From Vezdaea acicularis (taxonomy: Eukaryota), in contig JAPEUI010000022.1 of assembly GCA_026025075.1 (NCBI GenBank), forward strand, positions 172,592 through 192,591: a stretch of 20,000 bases of DNA, read 5' to 3'. Positions 9,772 to 19,493 of the stretch are shown one piece after another. The translations under genes were made by a program, and so were the position numbers. How positions within the stretch are numbered: the stretch's first letter is position 1; every line of letters begins with the position of its first letter. The notes under the pieces were generated by a model. It saw only the letters and a program-made list of their open reading frames with translations. It was not told the origin of the DNA and did not search any database.

Positions 9772-11607
9772 CTATTTCGGTTTTTGTAACTCCTTTATAC
9801 CCTTCGGATCCAACTCAGGCCCCGGCTCTTGCTCCTCTGGTATTCTTTCTCGGTCTATAGCCACGGTTCCACTCTCTACAGCTTTCTCCGTTGCCTCGAG
9901 AACGATCTTCTCCGCCTCACTAATTCCGCCTTGTCTTGTTGGTGGATCTCCCTCAACCCCAATGAGATCGGTTTGTTGGTGCTGGGTGCTAGCTTTGTTG
10001 TCAAAGCGAACAACCATGCATGACAAATTGTCCGTAGAAAATCGGGCAAGAGCATGTTCAACCAGTATTTTGGAAGCAATCTGAGGGTCGGGTTGATTGC
10101 GTATAAGGTCGACAGCTTCTTGATCTGAGCAGACATCCCAGAGCTGTATATATACATATTAGTGATGATACTTCCATACTTAAGGGGGTATAAGATGGAA
10201 TAATGAGCTTACCCCGTCGCATGCTAAGATTAGAAATTCATCGATTTCTGGTTGTATCACTGTCTCCGTTGTATAAGGATGTCCTGTAACCAGGTCTTTC
10301 ATATAAGCATCGCCTAGGGCACGAGTAACGGCTAGCACGCCATTCACGCGATTATTGAGGATAAGACCACCCGCATTAGCAACACGCCTGCCTTCATTTT
10401 CGTCGCTACCTTTGTGATCATAAGAAAGCCGAAGTGCCTTTCCACTTCGACATAGGACTATCCTAGCATCTCCAACATTCGCAGTATATAGGACGCGTTG
10501 TCTAGAAGCTGATTCCGCGAGCTTGACTTGTGCAGATGATAGAGTAGATTGGAAAGGTGGAGCGATAGCAGTAGCAGCTGCTTCGGTCTTGGTCTGCGAA
10601 GACGTTGAGCTAGTTGATGTCAAGGACGGATCAGAAGCGTTCTTCGAGGGATCTTCCGCTTTGTGAGCTTCGTTGACAGCTTTCACCGCTGCGGCTGTGG
10701 CTGGTGCGATAGCCGTAGAACCTGTAGCAGATTGGGGGTTCGGTATGCGATCCTCCCAGCGCAATACCGCAGTAACAGCAGTACAGCCACTATTCTTCAG
10801 AGGAAGCTTATCTAGCTGTTGATCAACACTTGTGAAAGTTTGGTCTAGGAGCTCAGGGATTGGGGTGTTTGGATTTTTGCGTATGTGGTCTTCCAGGATG
10901 AGATGAAGCTTCTTTCCGCACCATTCAGCTGCAAAGTTTCCTGCGTGACCATCGAATATAGCGAAATAGCCATTATCAGATTCAATGATGTCAGCTTTCG
11001 AAGATGCGGTGCTATTATCCGAAGCCGCCGTGGATGATCCACTGGTTGACTTTTTACTTAGTGAGCTTGATCCGGGACCAATGATAGGAGCTGGGGTGCT
11101 TAGAAAGTTGTATAGATACGAATGGGTGTCTTCCATGGTCCTCCGACATTTCTTGTTCTTGTCCTCGGTGACCCCCACCTTGAAGGTAGATCTTGGCCCA
11201 GGTAGTGATTCACCGGCTGAATTATTGTTTGGCCCCTGAGCCACAGCAAGTGCAGGATCTATCTTTCCTAACTTCTGCATAGGAGTTTGAGGAGCGTGCG
11301 GGTCACTTAAACCGCCGGTCGCTGAATTAGAACCGTGGTGGAGATGAAGGGAGTTCTTGGCGCTAGCAAACAACGAGCTTGCTTTGCTCACACTACTACT
11401 CCGTCTCTTCTTGTCGCCACTGGGGCTGTCTTCGTCTTGAGATTTGGCACCAGGACTGCTGGTTGCATTATTCCGCTTAGCCCCACTCTTGACTTCCTCC
11501 AAAGCAGCAGTACCATCAGTTGATGGAGATTTAGACTTAGGTGGGGAATGCGAGTCGACTACAACATCGGTATCGCCTTGTTTTAAAAGATTTGAGCTAC
11601 CAAACAT
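9772..11607 (-). CDS. PTC1: Protein phosphatase 2C, Ptc1-type, about 588 aa. Exons 11607-10213, 10143-9772
   Basis: PP2C motifs [70 protein letters not shown] and [10 protein letters not shown]. The intron is 10212-10144. The first in-frame ATG (MFGSS) is at 11607. Confidence 0.93.
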
Positions 11608-12813
11608 CTTGTTCAGGAGCCCTCCTGGTCGGGAGGTACTCCCTCGTTTTTCTCCTGCCAGAATGATGGACGGATAGGGACCAGGCCTTGACAAACAAGC
11701 GCTTATATCTCAAATTTGAGCCTTTGCGAAGTGGTTTAGTCAGTATTAATAAACCAGCTTTGGCTTGGGCAGGTTGAGCCACGAGATCATGAGACTAACC
11801 TAGGGTGACTAGGTCTTCAAACTAGAAACTCTCGGAGAATATGGGATGGGCTGATAGGTTGAACTGGGCGCGTGCTACTGAAGGTTTCACTGGAGTGCGA
11901 ATTCGGTTGGAAGCAGGATAGGAAACTCGCTCATGAACTATGAAAGGCGCTAATTGTGTCCTCAGAGGAGTAGGTGATCGTGTGTATAGGAGTGTTTTAT
12001 ATTGTATGAGCTCGCGCAGCGGGATACCAAACTGTCCGAGCGCAAAAGCTATAGAGTGGAAATCGGTGTTGTGGAGGGTGAAGCCCGAGCAAGGATAAGA
12101 CGGAGGAGTTCGTAGAAAGGATGCTTACGAGTGACAGTGAATGCCGCTGAGCACCAATTTACGGAGGAGAGGTAAAACAATGACGAGGCTACGGTACACA
12201 GTCGTACAGACCGTGGCTGACGCTGGCTCAAGTTTAGGCGGCGGTTGCAGCTTTGCTGGACGCCGGATATTGACTAGGAGTGGGGTGCCCGCGCCTGTCC
12301 TCTTCTCGCTAAGAATAGTGCCAAGACCGACCCTGCAGTATGACGCTGCATCCAGTAGCCGACGGAGCTGTTGCAATCTCCTTCAGCGTGATCAACAGAC
12401 GGTAATATGATCTGCACTCTTACGCTGGGGTATATTGGGATGATTAATTACGATACGATATTTCATCCTTTTCTTCCGGTTATCGCCTGCGTTTGCCAAC
12501 TAGATGCGGCCTATAAAGACGTCCATTGCTAGGAGCGGAGCTACAATATTTGCTCCGGCACTGGAAGCAAGCATAAGCTAGGCACCAATGCCCACAACAA
12601 TGTAACTGCGAAAGACTACTAGCTATAATGTATAGCTTATGCGACTGAGGCCGAGATGTCCCTAAGTGACGCTCAGGCCATGAACGAACCTGATAAAGTA
12701 GACGCGACGTTCTGAACACCACGCAGCCCACTACCCTTAGGATAAGACGCCTTGAGACTCCTTGATGCGCCCGTTTTAATCCTGATCTCAAAGCCTCTAT
12801 ACCCAAAGAGCTA

Positions 12814-13647
12814 TCACTTCGTTAAGTTATTGAAACGAGCTTGGAGATCATCATCTCCTCCACCAACAGCCTGGGCGACACGGCCTTCTCCCACAGCCGT
12901 CGATTGTATACCACTTGGAGTTTCCCCCAGCTATGATGTTTTGAATTAGTATGACCTTCCGTTTGCTGTATCGATGAGACTAGAATCAAACTTACAGATT
13001 GGTTCAGTTCAACGCCTAGCTCATCCAAGACTTGGTTCACGACTTCTTCACCTTCCTGCTCGTCTTCTAGCCCTGTAACATCGTCTATAGCGTCGTCCAT
13101 CATCTCTTGTCGCTGATCCATGATGTCGTTCTCCTTTTCGAACTCCATCGCTATCCTTTGGAGAGCGGGGAGGTTCATGCTTCGATTCATGCTGCCAAGC
13201 AAGGATGTAGCACCCTTCATTGATTGCATCATTTGCTCATTACTTCGGACCGTCTTGCACTATATATTAGTTCAACCGTTCGAGAAAGGAATCAGAAATG
13301 CGGACCTGTATTCGAAGGGAAACGGCCTGAAGTTGGGTGCGCATCTGGTAGAACTTCTGAATATAATTGCGAGTCCTCACTAAGTCCTTGGCTTGAATTT
13401 TACAAGCTCCCATCTGGCCATTCTTGGCGCTCTTCTTTATATCCTGAACCAACTTCTTCTCCTGGTTTTCTAACTTCACACGTTCCCGGTCAAGCTCTCG
13501 TTGTGTTTTCTCCAAGGCCCTTTGGTGCTTTCGTAAACGTTCCGCCGGCGTCATGCGCTTACCGAACGCCCATTCAACGATCTAAGACTACATTAGTTGA
13601 AGCACCCACTGAATGGCGAGATCGTTGAGAGCGCAGCATACATTCAT
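12814..13647 (-). CDS. DID4: ESCRT-III subunit Vps2/Did4 (CHMP2A), 218 aa. Exons 13647-13642, 13581-13306, 13253-12996, 12930-12814
   Basis: The spliced product reads MNIVEWAFGKRMTPAERLRKHQRALEKTQRELDRE...IQAKDLVRTR...LRIQTVRSNEQMMQSMKGA...EMMDDAID...VLDELG, ending in a MIM1-like DDDLQARFNNLTK. Confidence 0.95.
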
Positions 13648-13946
13648 GACGAATTTGAGACCAGCTGCCGCACCATAAGAGTGATATCGGTCTTAGACAC
13701 TGAAAGAGCGAGTTAACAAGAGCGAATGAGTGTGCTATACACACTATCTAGACGAGCTCTGACCTATGACTTTGCGGAGCGCGGCCAAGGTTTCGCTTCG
13801 CTGATTACGTAAGGCTTTCCGCCACAACCTCGGATTCTTATACGACAGGCTCATCAAATGGAAGCACATCAATACTGCGATATCACTTCGTCTATGGTGA
13901 ACCTCAGACCCAGAACGCGTATTTTCTCATACTGAGTCTTTCAGTA
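13648..13946. promoter_or_regulatory. Divergent intergenic region (about 300 bp) between DID4 and FZO1, with a central TTACGTAA palindrome (13805-13812)
   Basis: The genes are head to head. The palindrome resembles a bZIP-type site, but its function is not shown. Confidence 0.45.
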
Positions 13947-16900
13947 ATGAGCCAGGAATACTACAGTGGAGGCGAGTCGTCCTCAGCGGGCGGCTCATCG
14001 TCGAATCGCTCATCAAATATTCCTTCATCAACAAACCCTGTTGCACCACGATCTGCTCGACCAAACTACATCACCGTTGGATCTGGCTCAACATCAGAAA
14101 GTGCAACTGCTCTGACAGCCTTAATTGAGGAAGACTCCGGGTATGGAGGAAGCATCGCGGGGAGTAGTGTGGCCGGTACAGGGTCCGGTGGCGGATGGCA
14201 TCCAGGATTGACGGAGGACCGGCCAACACCTTCACATACTCCTGTCTTGCGCGGCGCATCGAACAATCCACGTAAGAATCGACTCCAATGCATCAGTAAG
14301 GCATGTACTGACTTGACTGATGATTAGCGGATATTGAAAGGCGGATATTGGCAAGTCATGTCCATCAACTTTACTAGTAAGTTCACAATGGATAGTCTGC
14401 TTGAAAGTTGCCATTAACACTTTTTAGCAACCAGAATCGAGTCGCCCTTGGACGCGCGATCAATCGCACGATTGATACATTGAAGGGCCTACAGAAAATG
14501 AATTCGAGCTGGCCCGCTCACTATCCATCCATCCAAAGACCACAAGACCCAACACCAACTTCTGCTGATCCCCGACCAGGTCTGGTGCATTCATCAACAG
14601 GCAACTTTCAAAGCTTGGCTCCACAGTCGCCACCTCGTCCGAGTGGTCCAAGAAGAGCTTTCACGGGCGGCGTGGACGATGACACTCTGGCGGAGTCTAG
14701 CTCTAGCGCAGAGCAGAAACCGACACTTGAGCCTCGCCTGATTACACCACAAATAGCACAGGAGTTTTCAATATTAAAGCTCGATTTAAAGTTAGGGGCG
14801 ATTTCACAGGCTGAATTAGTACATTCCCTAGAGAAGAATTCAATCGCATCGTTACTCGACGGAAAGATCAGCCACAGCATTCGACATTTACTTGCTCTGC
14901 GGGATCGAATAGAGGACACCTCGAGCAAAGTTTTGGTCACGGGGGATCTTAATGCGGGAAAGTCAACATTCTGCAATGCTCTTCTCAGGAGAAAGGTATT
15001 ACCAGAAGACCAGCAACCATGTACTAGCATCTTCTGCGAGGTTTTAGATGCACGGGAGAATGCAGGTGTCGAAGAAGTTCATGCTATTCCAAAAGATTTA
15101 GTCTATGATCGTAACGATGAGCGGACGTACGATTCCTACTCCCTCCACGAGCTGGAGAAGATAGTGATCGACAATGAACGATACTCGCAAGCGAAGGTGT
15201 ATGTGAAGGACATTCGCAGCATCGATGAATCCCTTTTGAACAATGGGGTTGTTGATATATCTATCATCGATGCCCCTGGCCTCAATATGGATTCACTGAA
15301 GACGACAGCGGTGTTCGCTCGACAGGAAGAGATTGATGTCGTCGTTTTCGTTGTGTCGGCTGCAAACCATTTCACCCTATCCGCAAAAGAATTTATCTGG
15401 AACGCAGCTCATGAGAAGGCTTACATTTTCATCGTAGTCAACGGATTTGACAATATTCGGGATAAAGAGAGGTGTCAAAGGATGATCTTGGAGCAAGTCG
15501 CAAACCTGAGTCCACGCACATTCAAGGAGTCAGCGGAGTTGGTCCACTTTGTATCAAGCAACGCTATTCCTGTCCAGGCCGGCAATCCAGCAGGCGGTCC
15601 ACCGAATGGAGGTAGTGGCGGGCCCCCCGGCCCTTCAGACGACATCCCGGACTGGAAAGCCCCTGACGACGACAACGATGATGATGACGGCGAATTCAAT
15701 GGCAAGCACGGCGACACAGGCGATGTTGTCAAAAAAGACAAAGGCAAAGAGCGCGAAAAAATTGAAGACTTCGAAGCGCTCGAATCCGCTCTCCGCCGCT
15801 TCGTCCTCGAAAAGCGCGCGCGCTCTAAACTCTTTCCCGCAAAGACATATCTTCTCAACGTGCTCTCCGACATCAACACTCTTGCGTCCGTCAACCGTGA
15901 TGTCGCGCAGACCGAGCTCGATCGCGTAAGCAAGGAGCTGGATTCCATCGCGCCTGCCTTGGAGCAGTCTCAGAAAGCGCGGAGCGAAGTCTCTGACGAT
16001 ATTGACCGCACGATCGAAGCTACTTGTGCGGACATCTACGCGTACACTCGCAATACGCTCAACACGACTATCGCATTTGTCGCGGAAGAAGACCTCGGTA
16101 TTCCTTACCCTGGCCTGCTCTCCGCCTTCCAATACGCCGATGACCTCAAAGCCGCTATGCTGGCGCGCATCGCATCCACCGTCTCGGAGTGCGAAGAAGC
16201 GGCTCGAGAAAAGACAGTCGATGGTGTCGCGGAGATCAAAGCACTCGGCGAGCTTCATCTAGGGAACGAGTACCAGGACATGAACTTTCGGTCGGACATC
16301 ATGTTCAAGCGTAAGCGGGATCAGCTGGCACGCCAAGTAGACATGCAGATTGAGATATGGGATTTCTTCGACGTGGCGGGACTTGTTCAGCGCCAGGAGA
16401 AGGTCGCTGGGACCGGCATGGCGATGACACTTGTAGGTGTGGTGGGTACAAGGATGGTTGGGGGCGTAGGCTGGGTGGACGGCGCGCTGGGAGCAATGCG
16501 TGTGGTTGGCTCAAGAGGGTTGAGGCAGATGATTGTGCCTGGTATGGTCGTAGCCAGTAAGTCTCTCATCAACAATCCCGTCCTTTGAGGCGCTATTCTG
16601 AAGGTACGCAGTTATCGCGGCCACATCCTTCCTGCTCTACTCGCTTCCGACAACGCTCCCGCGTCGTCTATCAAGCAAGATCAGCGCCTCGCTTAACCAG
16701 CTAGACTACACGCACACGAACTCGTTGCGCATTTCTGCTGAGGTCCGGAAGATCCTCCGCTACCCCGCCGAGAACCTTCGCATTGGGCTACAACGCTCGG
16801 TCGAGAGCCTTGTGCAGCGAAAGCGCGAGACGGAGAAGGTGAGGGGTGAGAGCGACGTTGCGCGCAAATACTTTGGGAATCTGGTCCGGGAGAGCAGAGA

Positions 16901-16991
16901 GATTGTGCGAGGAGTTGAGGCGGTTGACTTGGAAGGCCCAGCGCCCGGCGTGGCTGCTGGGTTCGAGCCGACTGCTGAAAGCAGTGTTTGA
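13947..16991 (+). CDS. FZO1: Mitofusin / transmembrane GTPase Fzo1, about 960 aa. Exons 13947-14271, 14328-14376, 14428-16556, 16612-16991
   Basis: Dynamin-like GTPase motifs VLVTGDLNAGKSTFCNALL, LPEDQQPCT, IIDAPGLN and FIVVNGFD, then RFVLEKRARSKL, a Gly-rich hydrophobic hairpin and a C-terminal heptad repeat. Three GT..AG introns give a 2883-nt frame. Confidence 0.95.
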
Positions 16992-17419
16992 ACAGTGTGT
17001 ATAAAACAGGGACGGAAGCGGCATAGGGACAGGCGTTCTGTAACTGGTTTGGTTCTGCTAGGAGCATGCAACCCTCATCTCATCTTGTACAGTACAACTC
17101 TTGGCCGGCTATGCAATACGTAGTACATAGGACGTTGGCGAGTTACCTCGCTATCAATTTGAGCTTGTTCTTCATGTCAGAACTCCGGCTACAGGATATT
17201 CAATGTTGGATGAGCTCTTTATTTGGAGTCATTTGGTTCTGATGGTGAAGTTACGCGTAAGCTGGTTTCTGCGGAGGCATGGCTCGAGAAGGGGTAAAGT
17301 TCGTGAAAAGACTCGACGCGAGAAACTTCGCTTGGCGGGGCTCGTGGGGCCCCACCTTCTCGTCCCGCGTGAGCGAGATCAAAACCTCCCCCAACCACAT
17401 TTGGCCCCAATACATCACA

Positions 17420-18529
17420 ATGACCTCTGCTCAGGTTATACAGGCAGAGAGCTCGATTCAAACACGTCAAGACTCTGATCTTGCCAAGAATGTGGTCAAT
17501 ATCGGCTCTCGAAAGTCAGTTCTAGCTCTCATCCAGACTGACATAGTCCACCATGCACTAGAAGCAGCCTGGCCCAAACTGGAGTACAAGATCCACGCTA
17601 TGAGTACCATGGGAGACAAGAACCAAGTCACTCCTCTTCATGACTTTGGAGCCAAGAGCCTCTGGACATATGAGCTTGAAGGCCTGCTGATTGAAGGCAA
17701 GCTGGACCTGATCGTACACTCTCTCAAAGGTGAGGTGGAGTCCCGGTCAAGTGATTATAGGCATTGCGAATTTCTAATCCGTTGCTCTCTAGACATGCCG
17801 ACTCAACTACCGCCGTCGTGTACCATCGGGGCGATATTTAAGAGGGAAGATCCGCAGGATGCTCTGGTCGTCAAGCCCACACTACCCTACAAATCGATTG
17901 CCGAACTACCACCTGGCTCCATCGTGGGCACTTCATCCGTCCGACGATCAGCCCAGGTTGCGCGAAAGTACCCTCATCTGAAGTTCAAGGATGTCCGAGG
18001 TAACGTGGGCACAAGATTGTCGAAACTGGACGCCCAAGACGGAGAATACACATGTCTCATCCTCGCTGCAGCGGGACTGAAGCGGTTGGATTTGGGACAC
18101 CGGATCACACAACTCCTCGACTCTCGAAACGGCGGTTTACTCCATGCAGTGGGGCAAGGGGCGCTGGGCGTCGAGATTCGAGAGGGAGATGAACGCACGA
18201 CAGGGCTCCTGGCAAAGCTCTCGCACCGGCCGACCACGCTGGCGTGTTTGGCCGAACGAAGCCTTATGCGGACACTGGAGGGTGGCTGTAGCGTGCCGAT
18301 TGGGGTTGAGACGGGGTGGAAGGAGGGGCACGGCCACGTCTTGATAATGCGGGCGATCGTGGTCAGCCTCGATGGAAAGGAGGCCGTCGAGGCAGAGATG
18401 GAGCTCGAGGTCGACACGGACGAGCAGGCGGACGAGTACGGGCGGACGATGGCCAAGAGGCTTGTAGACAAGGGAGCGGGTGAGATCTTGCGGAAGATCA
18501 CCCTCAACCGCGCGATAGTGAATGCCTAA
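17420..18529 (+). CDS. HEM3: Porphobilinogen deaminase (hydroxymethylbilane synthase), 348 aa. Exons 17420-17729, 17793-18529
   Basis: Motifs IGSRKSVLALIQT, KSLWTYELE, IVHSLK|DMPT (restored by removing intron 17730-17792), REDPQDAL, VGTSSVRR, RGNVGTRLSKLD, AVGQGALGVE and the cofactor Cys motif LEGGCSVPIG. Confidence 0.96.
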   Translation: MTSAQVIQAESSIQTRQDSDLAKNVVNIGSRKSVLALIQTDIVHHALEAAWPKLEYKIHAMSTMGDKNQVTPLHDFGAKSLWTYELEGLLIEGKLDLIVHSLKGEVESRSSDYRHCEFLIRCSLDMPTQLPPSCTIGAIFKREDPQDALVVKPTLPYKSIAELPPGSIVGTSSVRRSAQVARKYPHLKFKDVRGNVGTRLSKLDAQDGEYTCLILAAAGLKRLDLGHRITQLLDSRNGGLLHAVGQGALGVEIREGDERTTGLLAKLSHRPTTLACLAERSLMRTLEGGCSVPIGVETGWKEGHGHVLIMRAIVVSLDGKEAVEAEMELEVDTDEQADEYGRTMAKRLVDKGAGEILRKITLNRAIVNA

Positions 18530-19293
18530 TACCAAGATAGATGGCTGCCGAGCCCACTCGTCCGCCCAAGGCGCTGGGGCATTGCAACTTGAAACGTCTA
18601 CTACCCACGGGTGCCATTCTCGAGAAGCAGCCACAGACAACGTTGCGACGGATGGATGAGTCTGATACGACGACGGTGGTACCGCAGCGACTCGCATACG
18701 GCGACATCCGCCAAGGGCCGCGGGATGATCGCTGCAGGCCGCATGCTGTGCCAAGGGGCGGCGCCACGAGGGGAATTGCTCGGCGAAAGCTTGACTGCAC
18801 CCTCGCACACATTGGCTGTCACCGCGGATGCCACTCGGCAGCCGCCCTCGAATCATCATGGCCGAGCGACACACGCCAAGAACGACTCTCGAGGAGGTTT
18901 GGTTCGGGATGTCCTTGTGAAAGGGCATGATTGATATGGCCCATCGCCGTCCCCGTCCCCCGCGCCGGGGGCCGTTTCGCGCCGTTCGGCTGCACATGCC
19001 CCGCGACCGTGGAGCTCTCAGCCCCCGCCTAACCAGCATCAGCCGCAGCAGCAACCCCTCCACCGCGCTCGTCTGTTGGCTCGACCAAGGCGCCGCGGTC
19101 CACCAGCACGACGGGGCCTCGACCAAGTCGACGCCGATGCGGCTGGATCCGGCCTCGCTCCTTCAGGTTTAGGGCATGGGCTGGCTGGACCTGATGCCTG
19201 CCTTGTTCGGCACCGCGAGCACGAACAATCAATCAGCCCGAGCAGCGGAGCCAGGGCGATTGCCTGTTACAGCCCCCCCACCCCGACTCAGCT

Positions 19294-19300
19294 TATATAG
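19294..19300 (+). promoter_or_regulatory. Candidate TATA box (TATATAG) followed by a CT-rich leader, upstream of the gene starting at 19494
   Basis: It is an isolated AT-rich motif in GC-rich DNA, 200 nt before the ATG. It is followed by pyrimidine tracts (about 19340-19390 and 19435-19490), a common filamentous-fungal core promoter layout. Confidence 0.5.
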
Positions 19301-19493
19301 CCCGCGCCCCTTGGAGTCAGTCTCGTCGAAGAACTCTCGACTCCTTCTTCCTCTCATCATCCGTCTTCTTCTTCTGCTTTCCATCTCTCGTCGGATTGTG
19401 AGAGCGGAGGAGCGAACTTGCCCACCTCGCCTGCTCACCTTTTCCGCGTCGCTTTTCTCTTTTCCGCTGTTCTACCCCGCCATCGCTCTCGAC

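Noticed and set aside
10500..11100. Ser/Thr/Ala-rich insertions inside the Ptc1 catalytic domain
   Set aside because: Low-complexity loop insertions are common in filamentous-fungal Ptc1 proteins, and all catalytic motifs are intact.
12049..12806. Several 60-108 aa ORFs between PTC1 and DID4
   Set aside because: They are mutually overlapping, show no protein-like motifs, and occupy probable promoter/UTR sequence.
15570..15760. Gly/Pro and Asp-rich insert in Fzo1 (GGPPNGGSGGPPGPSDD...DDDNDDDD)
   Set aside because: This is a variable low-complexity loop after the GTPase domain of a kind usual in filamentous-fungal Fzo1, and it stays in frame.
18137..19438. 329-aa minus ORF and many other overlapping ORFs
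   Set aside because: They are Arg/Ala/Pro-rich translations expected from stop-poor GC-rich DNA, partly antisense to HEM3, with no domain signal.
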